A stretch of 64,000 bases of DNA. It comes from Eledone cirrhosa. Its lineage: Eukaryota. The stretch lies in assembly GCA_964016885.1 (NCBI GenBank), contig OZ024753.1, positions 30,752,001 through 30,816,000 of the forward strand, given 5' to 3'. A model generated the notes under the pieces. It was not told where the DNA came from. It saw only the letters and a program-made list of their open reading frames with translations, and searched no databases. Made by a program: the position numbers and the translations under genes. Positions 12,064-25,937 of the stretch are shown piece after piece (positions within the stretch are counted from its first letter, which is position 1; each line of letters opens with the position of its first letter).

Positions 12064-13440
12064 TTAAATTTATCCCCTCAGCGCTTTGTAAAAATACATT
12101 TGTTGATGAAGATGAGCAAGACCAAGGAAGTCATTGGAAGAAGTTGCAAAAGTTGATTTGAGAATGCTGCACTTTTCAAATTAACACAAACAAATGGTGA
12201 GAAATGGTGTTGTGGTGTTGAAGAAGATCTGTCCAACCTTGCAAGCATAGAAAAGCGGATATGAACATCAAAGTTAAGATGACGCATGGTCTAGAGGAGT
12301 GGAGAGTTAACGTACAGCATGCTACCTCTATCGAACCCATCCCAGGTATGCAGAAATGGGATATTAATATGAAGATATTGACAATATACATAAAGATATG
12401 AAATGAAATCTAAATGATTATTTTAGCTATTTTTATAGCCCGAGCAACTTGTTTTTGTTTGTGTCCTTAGCTAAAGGATATTCTGAAACAGCACGTGTGA
12501 CATGGCATCTATTATATTTTTGTAGGAATGAATATTCTGGATGTATTATTCAGATTAAAAAACAACAAAACAAAATGATGACACATACACACGCACACTC
12601 ACAAAAAACTAAGAAAAAACAGACTCAGTTATAACTTTAAAAGTTTAATTTCTGTGATATTCATGGTTTTGGAAATATAGATGTATTACTTAGCATGTAC
12701 ATACAGGCTACATGTGTGTATATATTTGCGTTCATGTGTGTGTTTGTGTGTTTGTATAGTTTCTGATACATAAATTATTTACTATTATATATCACTTTCT
12801 ATTTATTTAATCATTATTATTATTTTTATATAAAAGTACATATCTATTATCTGCATTGTTTGTCTGCCATGGGAAACAGTCACAAATGACCCTTCACTAC
12901 CCACTGCAGCTTTCATTAGTTGTGGTCCTGTGATCAGTAAGGTAATTAGCCGTGACCATTGGTGGGATTTGAACTCAGAATGCAAGGTGTCAAACACTGC
13001 AAGGTATCTTACTTGACATTCTAACAATCTACCACCAAGGACTAGTTATAAATTTTATTAAGGGGGAAAGCCAAAGTTAACCTCAATGAGATTTGAACTT
13101 GGAGCACTGAAAACTAGACAAATACCATGAGATATTCTACCTGATGCCAACTTGCTGTTTTATTTATCTATCCATATATCTGGTTCTTCCCTAAAAGTAG
13201 AATAAAATTAGTTAAAATAGTATAAATATGTTAATCTATATTGGAAAGTAGACTTTTTTAAAATCCTCTTTTTTTAAAATCTTGGTTTAGAATAGGTACA
13301 CTGTATACCTTTAGTAAGAGGCACCTAAATGGGTTGGCACTTGAAAAAGCATCAGGCCATAAAACATGGCTTCATGATGAGCTTGACACCTATCATGGAA
13401 CTTGCAAAGCTAACCTCTGTATTAGCAGGGGAAAGTTGTC

Positions 13441-13658
13441 TTAACCCTTTAGCATTTACATTACTCAATATTTACTATTATATTTTCACGGTAAACACAT
13501 TTATCTCACATAATATTGAATCTACGAGATTTTGATATTATTTATTTTGAGAACAATACCTCAACATAAGTATGAGCAGCTTGTTATGGCCAGTTTGAAC
13601 AGAAAGAGGTGAAAGAAATTCTGGCTGGATAGGGCCGGTTTAAATGCTAAAGGGTTAA
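13441..13658 (+). mobile_element. piggyBac-like MITE (~215 bp)
   Basis: TTAA-CCCTTTAGCATTTA ... TAAATGCTAAAGGG-TTAA: TIRs starting CCC with a TTAA target duplication. Confidence 0.85.
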
Positions 13659-14275
13659 CATGCTTGTAGCTGCTGTGATTCACACTGAAATGACACCTCT
13701 CCTACTTATGAGCAAATTCTTGAGGTTCATCTGGAATTAACTCATTTGTTATGAAACCACTCTTGTTTATTTTAGAGTGTTTATCATCATCATCATCATT
13801 TTTTAACGTCCAGGTTTCCACACTGGTATGGGTTAGATGAGTTATCCTGTTGTGAGCAATGCCAGGTCAGCTGACCATATACTGAACCGATTTTGGCTTG
13901 GTCTCTACCGCTGGATGCCCTTCCTAGTGCCAAATTCATTTACAGTGAGTGCTGGGTGCTTTTTGCCGTGACGCCTACATGACCTGACAGCTACACAATA
14001 TATTTATCTAAATACATTCCACCATAATTTCATGTAAGAACCTTTGTTAATTCTTAAGGTTTTGTACTACTGAAAAGTACAAAACAACACTATGGCTGCA
14101 TCACATTAAAAAGTCTTTACTGGAAATTTTTACAATTTTTTCACTAGTAAAGATAACAAAAAACGTTTAAGAATTATTAAATTAATTTTGAGTTAACAAA
14201 ACTATTTTTAGATATTTGTTTACTAAATCATGACAGTATGCTAAGAGTTAAGTACAATTTATTTCAGTAATTTTT

Positions 14276-16232
14276 AGTGTGTAGTCTACTTTCACAGTGT
14301 GTAGTCTACTTTCACAGTGTGTAGTCTACCTTCACAGTGTGTAGTCTACCTTCACAGTGTGTAGTCTACCTTCACAGTGTGTAGTCTACCTTCACAGTGT
14401 GTAGTCTACTTTCACAGTGTGTAGTCTACCTTCACAGTGTGTAGTCTACTTTCACAGTGTGTAGTCTACCTTCACAGTGTGTAGTCTACTTTCACAGTGT
14501 GTAGTCTACCTTCACAGTGTGTAGTCTACTTTCACAGTGTGTAGTCTACTTTCACAGTGTGTAGTCTACCTTCACAGTGTGTAGTCTACCTTCACAGTGT
14601 GTAGTCTACCTTCACAGTGTGTAGTCTACTTTCACAGTGTGTAGTCTACCTTCACAGTGTGTAGTCTACCTTCACAGTGTGTAGTCTACCTTCACAGTGT
14701 GTAGTCTACTTTCACAGTGTGTAGTCTACTTTCACAGTGTGTAGTCTACTTTCACAGTGTGTAGTCTACTTTCACAGTGTGTAGTCTACCTTCACAGTGT
14801 GTAGTCTACCTTCACAGTGTGTAGTCTACCTTCACAGTGTGTAGTCTACCTTCACAGTGTGTAGTCTACCTTCACAGTGTGTAGTCTACCTTCACAGTGT
14901 GTAGTCTACCTTCACAGTGTGTAGTCTACCTTCACAGTGTGTAGTCTACCTTCACAGTGTGTAGTCTACCTTCACAGTGTGTAGTCTACTTTCACAGTGT
15001 GTAGTCTACTTTCACAGTGTGTAGTCTACCTTCACAGTGTGTAGTCTACCTTCACAGTGTGTAGTCTACCTTCACAGTGTGTAGTCTACCTTCACAGTGT
15101 GTAGTCTACCTTCACAGTGTGTAGTCTACCTTCACAGTGTGTAGTCTACCTTCACAGTGTGTAGTCTACCTTCACAGTGTGTAGTCTACCTTCACAGTGT
15201 GTAGTCTACTTTCACAGTGTGTAGTCTACTTTCACAGTGTGTAGTCTACCTTCACAGTGTGTAGTCTACCTTCACAGTGTGTAGTCTACCTTCACAGTGT
15301 GTAGTCTACCTTCACAGTGTGTAGTCTACCTTCACAGTGTGTAGTCTACCTTCACAGTGTGTAGTCTACCTTCACAGTGTGTAGTCTACCTTCACAGTGT
15401 GTAGTCTACTTTCACAGTGTGTAGTCTACCTTCACAGTGTGTAGTCTACCTTCACAGTGTGTAGTCTACCTTCACAGTGTGTAGTCTACTTTCACAGTGT
15501 GTAGTCTACTTTCACAGTGTGTAGTCTACCTTCACAGTGTGTAGTCTACCTTCACAGTGTGTAGTCTACCTTCACAGTGTGTAGTCTACTTTCACAGTGT
15601 GTAGTCTACTTTCACAGTGTGTAGTCTACCTTCACAGTGTGTAGTCTACCTTCACAGTGTGTAGTCTACTTTCACAGTGTGTAGTCTACCTTCACAGTGT
15701 GTAGTCTACCTTCACAGTGTGTAGTCTACCTTCACAGTGTGTAGTCTACTTTCACAGTGTGTAGTCTACCTTCACAGTGTGTAGTCTACCTTCACAGTGT
15801 GTAGTCTACTTTCACAGTGTGTAGTCTACTTTCACAGTGTGTAGTCTACTTTCACAGTGTGTAGTCTACCTTCACAGTGTGTAGTCTACCTTCACAGTGT
15901 GTAGTCTACCTTCACAGTGTGTAGTCTACTTTCACAGTGTGTAGTCTACCTTCACAGTGTGTAGTCTACCTTCACAGTGTGTAGTCTACCTTCACAGTGT
16001 GTAGTCTACCTTCACAGTGTGTAGTCTACCTTCACAGTGTGTAGTCTACCTTCACAGTGTGTAGTCTACCTTCACAGTGTGTAGTCTACTTTCACAGTGT
16101 GTAGTCTACTTTCACAGTGTGTAGTCTACTTTCACAGTGTGTAGTCTACCTTCACAGTGTGTAGTCTACTTTCACAGTGTGTAGTCTACCTTCACAGTGT
16201 GTAGTCTACCTTCACAGTGTGTAGTCTACCTT
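14276..16232. repeat. 20-bp minisatellite GTAGTCTAC(C/T)TTCACAGTGT, ~98 copies
   Basis: Exact 20-bp register with only one variable position seen. Confidence 0.98.
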
Positions 16233-16340
16233 TACAGCATTCAGTCTACATCAACTACAACAACTTTATATAGCAGGGTGAAAAAAAAAAAAATTACAAG
16301 TTTTTCATATTATTTATTGATTATTATTGAACTAATGAAA

Positions 16341-16530
16341 GGGCGGTGGATTGGCAGTATCGGTAGAGGGTCGGACGCCATGCTTTCCAGCAGAGTTACG
16401 TCCCTTTAGGATCTGAGTTCAAATCCCGCCGAGGTTAACTTTGCCTTTCATCCTTACGGGGTCGATAAAATAAAGTACCAGTAATGTACTGGGTATTTGC
16501 TGGCCTTGTGCCAAATGTAGAAACAATTAT
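16341..16530 (+). mobile_element. tRNA-derived SINE, family A, full length with 17-bp TSD
   Basis: A box TGGCAGTATCGG, B box GAGTTCAAATCC, central GCCTTTCATCCTTACGGGGTCGATAAAATAAAGTACCAG; TSD ATTATTGAACTAATGAA at 16323 and 16526. Confidence 0.92.
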
Positions 16531-16877
16531 TGAACTAATGAACTAATAAGAGTTTACACAATAATAAAATGCCAGTAAATCTGTTCTCCAGGTCATGACT
16601 GTAAATAAAACTTAAGAGTCAATCCACCTTGTGGTCCCAGTCAACAGGATGGAGAAGATATTGCCATGGAGGATGGTGAGGGAGACACTGGAACAGCCCC
16701 TCTACCTTGCAGGTCTTGTACTTGTGGGTAACCAACTCTGCTCCGATATCATTAAGTAGGGATGTAGTCCGAGGACTAAGAATGCTGGAAGTCCCCACTG
16801 TCACAGGTTTAAAGTTATCCTTCCAAACACCAACTAAAGAATGAGTTAGTTATATTATTACTATACCACTTCAAATT

Positions 16878-17095
16878 TTTCTTCTTCTTTACCCACTTAT
16901 TCCTGAGAGAACCATGAAAGTCCTGAAACACTCCTTCCAGCGGGTCCTGTCAGAAGCAATCGTCTCCAACGTATATGGTTGGATCCCCAAGCATGACCAG
17001 CCAAGCTCATGGATGTTATCAAGTCATCTTGATAAGGGTCTACCCCGGGGTCTCTTACCGGTTAGTTTTGCCCATAAAATCTGACCAGCGATTCT
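16878..17095 (-). mobile_element. RTE-type LINE 3' end with (GAA)n tail
   Basis: Minus strand translates as ILWAKLTGKRPRGRPLSR*LDNI..IASDRTRWK. Confidence 0.75.
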
Positions 17096-17539
17096 TTTTT
17101 CTTTTTATTTTCTATTCTTTTATTTTCATGATTTGAAAATTATAGGCAGTGCTTTTCATTAGAAATATAGTAATGAAAGGGTTAAAATGCTGGAGTTGAA
17201 ATTTTACTGAAGTCAAATCAAGGTTAAAAAGAAAACTAATAATTACATGTACTTGTATTTTACCAGAATAACTTTGTCTAATCTACCTACACACACTGTA
17301 ATTTTAATTTGTAACTCAACGTCAAACATCTGATCATTTTCTTCCATGACACGCATAGATATAACATTTTCACACAGTACATACAAAAAAAAAAGATACC
17401 ATATGTATGCTATTAACTCATTACCAGTTATTATGTCATCGCAATCTCTATCATATAAGGTTCCATTTAGTTGATTAATATTTTGAATATCAATTTGAGT
17501 TCTGAGAACTGCCTAGTCAATTTCTCACATATCCATATC

Positions 17540-17835
17540 ATCATAATCATCATCGTTTAACGTATATCTTCCATGCTAGCATGGGTTTAGACGGGAATTG
17601 TCCCACTTGGGGCAAGATTGGTTGTCTTGCTCGTGTAGGACTGTCTGGCGGGTTTTCTACGGCTGGATGCCTTCCTAACACCAACCACGTTTACAGTGTG
17701 GGACTGGGAGGTTTTTACCGTGTTACCTACACGGCCACATTACAGCGTGGACCGTGAGTTTTTTTGTCGTGACACCTACACGACCTCATTTGTTTCGGAC
17801 TGGATGTTGTGGTACCAACATAACTTCACATTTAA
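17540..17835 (-). mobile_element. Truncated copy of the RTE 3' UTR seen at 42195-42610
   Basis: Reverse-complement match to 42195-42610; (ATG)n tail. Confidence 0.8.
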
Positions 17836-17885
17836 TGAAATGGTATTATTCTGATTATTACACACATATAGTACCAGCAATAGCT

Positions 17886-18010
17886 GGGGGTTTAATCCTG
17901 CAATGGCTCGGTGTCCTGTCCAGGGGGAGTCTTGTACTCTGTCGCTTCATGCCACAGTAACTAGGATAAGTACCGGCCTGATGAAGCTCCAGGCTTGAGA
18001 CAGACTTTAG
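17886..18010 (+). mobile_element. V-SINE-like fragment
   Basis: CCTGCAATGGCTCGGTGTCCTGTCCAGGGGGAG resembles the V-SINE central domain (from recall, not searched). Confidence 0.55.
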
Positions 18011-18204
18011 ACATTTTGGACTGACACACACACACACAGACATACATACACACTCGCATATAGACACACAGACAGTCATACACATACCTACAGGCATACA
18101 CATACCTACACACAGACTGATAGGCACACACAGACAGACATACACATACCTACACAGACTGATAGGCACATACAGACACATACTCACAGACAGCCAGGCA
18201 CTCA

Positions 18205-19485
18205 CACTCACAGACAGACAGACTCACTCACAGACAGACTCACTCACAGACAGACTCACTCACAGACTGATTCACTCACAGACAGACTCACTCACAGACT
18301 GATTCACTCACAGACAGACTCACTCACAGACAGACTCACTCACAGACTGATTCACTCACAGACTGATTCACTCACAGACAGACTCACTCACAGACAGACT
18401 CACTCACAGACAGACTCACTCACAGACAGACTCACTCACAGACTGATTCACTCACAGACAGACTCACTCACAGACAGACTCACTCACAGACAGACTCACT
18501 CACAGACTGACTCACTCACAGACAGACTCACTCACAGACAGACTCACTCACAGACTGATTCACTCACAGACAGACTCACTCACAGACAGACTCACTCACA
18601 GACTGACTCACTCACAGACAGACTCACTCACAGACAGACTCACTCACAGACAGACTCACTCACAGACAGACTCACTCACAGACAGACTCACTCACAGACT
18701 GACTCACTCACAGACAGACTCACTCACAGACAGACTCACTCACAGACTCACTCACAGACTGATTCACTCACAGACAGACTCACTTACAGACAGACTCACT
18801 CACAGACTGATTCACTCACAGACTGATTCACTCACAGACAGACTCACTCACAGACTGATTCACTCACAGACAGACTCACTCACAGACAGACTCACTCACA
18901 GATAGACTCACTCACAGACAGACTCACTCACAGACAGACTCGCTCACAGACAGACTCGCTCACAGACAGACACTCACTCACAGACTGATTCACTCACAGA
19001 CTGATTCACTCACAGACAGACTCACTCACAGACTGATTCACTCACAGACAGACTCACTCACAGACTGATTCACTCACAGACAGACTCACTCACAGACAGA
19101 CTCACTCACAGACAGACTCACTCACAGACTGACTCACTCACAGACAGACTCACTCACAGACAGACTCACTCACAGACTGACTCACTCACAGACAGACTCA
19201 CTCACAGACTGACTCACTCACAGACTGACTCACTCACAGACTGATTCACTCACAGACTGATTCACTCACAGACTGATTCACTCACAGACAGACTCACTCA
19301 CAGACAGACTCACTCACAGACAGACTCACTCACAGACAGACTCACTCACAGACAGACTCGCTCACAGACAGACTCGCTCACAGACAGACTCACTCACAGA
19401 CAGACTCACTCACAGACAGACTCACTCACAGACAGACTCACTCACAGACAGACTCACTCACAGACAGACTCACTCACAGACAGAC
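18205..19485. repeat. 16-bp minisatellite CACTCACAGAC(A/T)GA(C/T)T
   Basis: Direct reading; grades into (CA)n on both sides. Confidence 0.95.
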
Positions 19486-19999
19486 ACATACAGATTCACA
19501 GACAGACATACATACCTACATAGACACTCACACAGACACACACATACCTACACAGACACATACACTTACAGAAACTCACAGATAAACACACAGACACACA
19601 CACACATATGCAGACAAATGCAGACAAATACAGTCACACGCCCATTTTAATTCACAATTAATAGGTAAAACATATCATTCCATCTAAAAAAAAAGCCAGG
19701 AATTCAATAGTTCCATTGGTTTAGCATAACATAGTAGCAAGTAATGAGTTAATATCATACATATATATACCATGTGGATATATTATATCTGTGTGTCATG
19801 AAAGGAATTGATCAAATATCTAGTTGTGAGCTACAAATTTTGGGCGTGTGTATGTTGTGTATGTGTGTGTATATATATATATGTATGTTGTGTATGTGTG
19901 TGTATATATATATATATGCATGTGTGTGAGTGTGTGTGTGTATATATGCGTGTGTGTGTGTGTGTGTGTGTGTGAAGGCAAAGGAGGACATGTTTCGAT

Positions 20000-21215
20000 C
20001 TTATAAATTATGATGTGTAAAGGTATATGGTAGATTAGGGATCTCAGTGGTGTGTTAATGAGGAAGGGAGTAACGCTGAAACTGAAGGGAAAGATGTTTG
20101 TTGCTTGCAGATGTGAGAAGTGACATGATTTATGGGAGTGAAACATAGGAAGTGATGAATGTAGAGCAAGAGAGAAGGCTGGAAAGAATGAAGGTGGTCC
20201 TGTGGATGAGTAGAGTATTGCTGAGAGATGTGAAGACAAATAATGAATTATAGCCAATAATGAGAATAGAACCAGTGATGAATGTTGTGAGAGGAAATGG
20301 AATGAGATGGTTGGGTCATGTGTTGAGGAAATGATGAAAGGGTCTGAATGAGAGAAGTGATGGGAATAGAACCAGTGATGAATGTTGTGAGAGGAAATGG
20401 AATGAGATGGTTGGGTCATGTGTTGAGGAAATGATGAAAGGGACTGAGTGAGAGAAGTGATGGGAATAGAACCAGTGATGAATGTTGTGAGAGGAAATGG
20501 AATGAGATGGTTGGGTCATGTGTTGAGGAAATGATGAAAGGGACTGAGTGAGAGAAGTGATGGGAATAGAACCAGTGATGAATGTTGTGAGAGGAAATGA
20601 ATGAGATGGTTGGGTCATGTGTTGAGGAAATGATGAAAGGGACTGAGTGAGAGAAGTGATGGGAATAGAACCAGTGATGAATGTTGTGAGAGGAAATGAA
20701 TGAGATGGTTGGGTCATGTGTTGAGGAAATGATGAAAGGGTCTGAATGAGAGAAGTGATGGGAATAGAACCAGTGATGAATGTTGTGAGAGGAAATGGAA
20801 TGAGATGGTTGGGTCATGTGTTGAGGAAATGATGAAAGGGTCTGAATGAGAGAAGTGATGGGAATAGAACCAGTGATGAATGTTGTGAGAGGAAATGAAT
20901 GAGATGGTTGGGTCATGTGTTGAGGAAATGATGAAAGGGACTGAGTGAGAGAAGTGATGGGAATAGAACCAGTGGTGAATGTTGTGAGAGGAAATGGAAT
21001 GAGATGGTTGGGTCATGTGTTGAGGAAATGATGAAAGGGTCTGAATGAGAGAAGTGATGGAAGTCATGTGGAATGAAGTAGAGGGATGGGAAGACCAAGA
21101 AAGACATAGCTAAAACTGATGGTAGAGGAAATGAAAACCAGAGGGTTGATGTGAGGGTGATGTAGACAATAGGGAAAAATGGAGAAACTTGTTGCCCTGT
21201 AAGGCTAACTCTTGC
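20000..21215 (+). mobile_element. Degraded RTE LINE fragment containing an internal tandem array
   Basis: DLSGVLMRKGVTLKLKGKMF..VRSDMIYGSET..RWLGHVLR..GRPRKT motifs occur in the expected order. Confidence 0.85.
20262..21062. repeat. 99-100-bp tandem repeat, ~8 copies
   Basis: Unit GAATAGAACCAGTGATGAATG...AGAAGTGATGG. Confidence 0.97.
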
Positions 21216-21649
21216 TTTAACCCTTAAACTAGCTGTAACTGGCCAGAATTCTTTCACCTCTTTTTGTTTAAACTGACTGTAACTGACCACTCATACTGAT
21301 GTTAAGGTATTGTTCTCAAAATAAATATCAAAATCACATAAATTCGATATTATGTAAGTTAAAAAAGCTTTTACCATGAAAATATAATAGGACATATAGA
21401 GGGTTAGCAGGGAAGATGGGCCTTAAAGTGCTTGTTATTGTTGTAGGTAGATTAGACAAAGTTATTCATGAAAGTACAAGTAATTATTACTTTCCTTATT
21501 AGCCTTAATTCAACCAAAGTAGATTTTAAACTCCTGTATTTGAATTACTCATTTTAATTTTAGGTCTTTCACATATGAACTTCAAATTTAGGAGTTTGGT
21601 CATAAGTAGGAGAGAAGTATATGTATGTGTTGGAACCCTGTTAATTTTG

Positions 21650-22035
21650 GTAACGAGTGTTCTAGTTGTTTGGGTAACAGTCAGCTCATGAAATTGTGTA
21701 AGTGGCTGAGCATTCTATAGATATGTGCACACATGTAATTTGGATTGGCAGTATCGGTAGAGGGTCGGACGCCATGCTTTCCAGCATAGTAACGTCCCTT
21801 TACGATCTGAGTTCAAATCCCGCCGAGGTTGACTTTGCCTTTCATCCTTACGGGGTCGATAAAATAAAGTACCAGTAATGCACTGGGTAATTGCTGGCCT
21901 TGTGCCTAAAGTAGAAACAATTATGTAATTCTCAGTGAGATTCAGCATGTCACCGTGTGACAAGGCTGGCCCTTTGAATTACTGCTATAACTCATTTTTA
22001 CCAGCTGAGTGGACTGGAACAACATAAAATAAAGT
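21650..22035. mobile_element. Older SINE with a nested family-A SINE (21741-21922, TSD ATGTAATT)
   Basis: The host sequence matches 27488-27650 and resumes after the duplicated ATGTAATT. Confidence 0.8.
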
Positions 22036-22529
22036 GATGGATTGATGTAATTTTAGGGTGAATCAACAGGATTAAACAGATTCACTTTCCAATTTCCATC
22101 AACATATTATTCACGCTATCTTCATCTTTTACTGGTTTCAACCATTTTACTGTGGCCATGCTGGGGCCACTGCCTTGAAAGGTATAGTCAATTACACCGA
22201 CCTTAGTACTTTTTTTTTTTTTTTTTTTCAAAGTTTGTGATGTATTTTATTGATCTCTATTTCTGGAACTGCTAAGTTTGAAGACATCAACCAATAACAC
22301 TGGTTGACATAATTACAAAGGCACAATCACACATACACATCATCATCATCATTATCATCACTGTTTAACAACCATTTTCCATGTTTGCATGGGTTAGATA
22401 GTTGTCACATGAGACAAGTCAGATCATATGGAATTTTTTCTGGTTTGGTTTATATGACTAGATGCCCTTCCTAATGTTGGGGGCTGGGTGCTTTTTATTG
22501 TGACACCAAAATGATCAACTGACAGGTTG

Positions 22530-22830
22530 GACAGGGTACTTTTTCATCGTGTCACCAGCACAACCACTTAACAGGGTAGACCAGGTGCTTTTTTTCATCG
22601 TGTCACCAGCACAACCACTTAACAGGGTAGACCAGGTGCTTTCTTTCATTGTGTCACCAGCACAACCACTTAACAGGGTAGATCGGGTGCTTTTTTTCAT
22701 TGTGTCACCAGCACAACCACTTAACAGGGTAGATCGGGTGCTTTTTTTCATTGTGTCACCAGCACAACCACTTAACAGGGTAGATCGGGTGCTTTTTTTT
22801 GTTGTTGTGTCACTAGCATGACCACCTTTA
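22530..22830. repeat. 51-bp tandem repeat, ~5.5 copies, SINE-derived
   Basis: 17-aa periodicity in the ORF track; the unit resembles the SINE-internal GGGTGCTTTTT..GTG.CACC..ACCACTT block. Confidence 0.9.
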
Positions 22831-23084
22831 TATGTATTACAATGTCTGTTTAAAAAACTAGTATTTAAAACATGCAAACATTAATTGATTGCGCACTCAA
22901 TACTGGTGAGTAGAGTGTAGAAAAGTGGTAGTGACTTTGAAGTTTTAGCTTGATTGTTTCATTTGGCTGCCATGTATGGATATGATACATTTCTGCAGTT
23001 TCCACCTATCAAGTTCCATTCACAAAGGCATTGGTAACCCAAGCATATTGTATTAGAAGGTCTTTGCCTAAGATGCTGCTCTGT

Positions 23085-23415
23085 AGTAAAGACCCTCTTC
23101 GATCACGAATGACCATTGGATATGCACCTAGAAAGCTCTTCCCTGAGGCACACATCTGGGCAAGGTTGTTTGTGGAAGACCAGCAGTCACCCATGCATAC
23201 CAGTATCTCCTCTCCACGCCACCGATGTTGTCCAAGGGAAAGTCTAAGGCTGATACAGCTTGGCACCAGTGATGTCACAGCTCATTTCTACAGCTGAGTA
23301 AACAGGAGCAATGTGAAATAAAGTGTCCTAGAATGAAACTCACAACCTCACAATTGTAAGCCAAACAATGTAACCACTAAGCCACATGCTCTAACCACTA
23401 AGCCACTTGCTGTAA
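23085..23415 (-). mobile_element. SINE with a family-B-type head and a different 3' half
   Basis: CTCATTTCTACAGCTGAGTAAAC.GGAGCAATGTGAAATAAAGTGTC and triplicated TAACCACTAAGCCAC (antisense A box). Confidence 0.7.
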
Positions 23416-23696
23416 CCACTAAGCCACATGCCTTCTCAGTGATATTGACCTCAAAACCTTGTGGTTTCAAAGCAAACTCCTTCACCACATAGCTATTCTA
23501 GCTGGCACCTATGATAGTTTTGTACTTGAAGATGTTAGTAGTTGGTAATAATTGTTATGTTTGTAATTACTACAGTTATTATATATCTCCTTTTGTTTTT
23601 GGTTAGTTTTATTTTTTTACTTGTCATTTTATATAACAGAAAGTCAGTGCTACTAATTTTAGTATAGCCACCCTTTTACCTTCATATAATAGTGAA

Positions 23697-24775
23697 GATG
23701 GTATTGGGGATGGTGGTAGTGGTGGTGGTGACGGTGGTGGTGGTGGTAGTGGTGGTGACGGTGATGGTGGTAGTGGTGCTGGGGTGGTGGTGGTGGTAGT
23801 GGTGCTGGGGTGGTGGTGACGGTGATGGTGGTAGTGGTGGTGACGGTGATGGTGGTAGTGGTGCTGGGGTGGTGGTGACGGTGATGGTGGTAGTGGTGGT
23901 GGTAGTGGTGCTTGGGGTGGTGGTGGTAGTGGTGCTGGGGTGGTGGTGACGGTGATGGTGGTAGTGGTGCTGGGGTGGTGGTGACGGTGATGGTGGTAGT
24001 GGTGGTGGTAGTGGTGCTGGGGTGGTGGTGATGGTGGTAGTGGTGGTGGTAGTGGTGCTGGGGTGGTGGTGACGGTGGTGGTGGTAGTGGTGGTGGTGGT
24101 GGTAGTGGTGCTGGGGTGGTGGTGATGGTGGGAGTGGTGGTGACGGTGGTAGTGGTGGTGACGGTGATGGTGGTAGTGGTGCTGGGGTGGTGGTGATGGT
24201 GGTAGTGGTGCTGGGGTGGTGGTGATGGTGATGGTGGTAGTGGTGCTGGGGTGGTGGTGACGGTGATGGTGGTAGTGGTGCTGGGGTGGTGGTGACGGTG
24301 ATGGTGGTAGTGGTGGTGGTAGTGGTGCTGGGGTGGTGGTGATGGTGATGGTGGTAGTGGTGCTGGGGTGGTGGTGACGGTGATGGTGGTAGTGGTGGTG
24401 GGGTGGTGGTGGTGGTGGTAGTGGTGCTGGGGTGGTGGTGATGGTGGTAGTGGTGCTGGAGTGGTGGTGACGGTGGTAGTGGTGGTGACGGTGATGGTGG
24501 TAGTGGTGCTGGAGTGGTGGTGACGGTGGTAGTGGTGGTGACGGTGATGGTGGTAGTGGTGCTGGGGTGGTGGTGACGGTGATGGTGGTAGTGGTGGTGG
24601 GGTGGTGGTGATGGTGGTAGTGGTGCTGGGGTGGTGGTGACGGTAATGTTGGTAGTGGTGGTGGTAGTAGTGGCGGCGATGGTGGTTGTGACGGTGGTGG
24701 TAATGGTGGTGGTGGTAGTGTTGGTGGCGACGGTGATGATGGTTGTGTTAGTGTTGGTGGTGGTGATGATGAAGG
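23697..24775. repeat. Complex (GGT)n-based satellite
   Basis: Recurring GGTGGTAGTGGTGCTGGGGT and GGTGACGGTGAT subunits. Confidence 0.95.
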
Positions 24776-24838
24776 GGATTAAATATGTTTGAAGAAGGAG
24801 ATTATGAAAACCTGGCCAGATACAAGTTTTTTTTATTT

Positions 24839-24900
<62 letters not shown>

Positions 24901-25061
24901 CGTGTGCGTATGTGTGCGTGTTTCATGAGAGATTCATTTCTGGGGAAGTTATGTTTATAACTTATTGGTGGGATGATATGTATTATATCTGTCTGTTTGT
25001 TTGTCTGTCTAGCTCTATGTCTAGCTATTTACCCATCCCTACTCTTTCTCATATATATATA

Positions 25062-25109
<48 letters not shown>

Positions 25110-25218
25110 TATATATATATATGCATACACTCTGTTAATATTGGTACCTTCCTCAGATCTACTGAATTACCTAAACTATGTGTGGATATGCACATGTATG
25201 TATGCATATATATATATA

Positions 25219-25276
<58 letters not shown>

Positions 25277-25330
25277 GTTTCTGAATTTGTTTAGCAAGAT
25301 TCTTTATCTGAAATCGTGTGTTGAAACCGA

Positions 25331-25581
25331 TATTGTTATACTTTGGGAGGGTCATGTTGCCAATAAGAAACACACGCACCAGTTGCTTTCACTTCAATTT
25401 AATTTAATATATATTTATAAATTTACAAATTTATAAATTCTATCTGGTTGTGGAACCAACCAACCAACCAGAAATTTATAAATTTGTAAATTTATAAATA
25501 TATATTAAATTAAATTGAAGTGAAAGCAACTGGTGCGTGTGTTTCTTATTGGCAACATGACCCTCCCAAAGTATAACAATA
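25331..25581. repeat. Near-perfect inverted repeat, arms ~109 bp, between (TA)n tracts
   Basis: The same peptide [17 protein letters not shown] appears on both strands of the ORF track; axis near 25456. Confidence 0.92.
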
Positions 25582-25607
25582 TATATATATGCATATATAT
25601 ATATATA

Positions 25608-25651
<44 letters not shown>

Positions 25652-25665
25652 TATATATATATATA

Positions 25666-25751
<86 letters not shown>

Positions 25752-25763
25752 TATATATATATA

Positions 25764-25827
<64 letters not shown>

Positions 25828-25843
25828 TATATATATATATATA

Positions 25844-25877
<34 letters not shown>

Positions 25878-25893
25878 TATATATATATATATA

Positions 25894-25937
<44 letters not shown>

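Noticed and set aside
12075-12270. Possible coding exon after CCTCAG
   Set aside because: Matches a decayed RTE tail (RPRKSLEEVAKVDLR, then CCTTGCAAGCATAGAAAAGCGGA).
17977-18008. CTGATGA-AGC..GCT hammerhead-like start
   Set aside because: No GAAA or stem I/III closure; it lies in a V-SINE-like tail.
23682-24926. 414-aa Thr/Pro/His-rich, mucin-like ORF
   Set aside because: It is a GGT-based satellite whose subunits drift between frames and it begins in a (CA)n tract.
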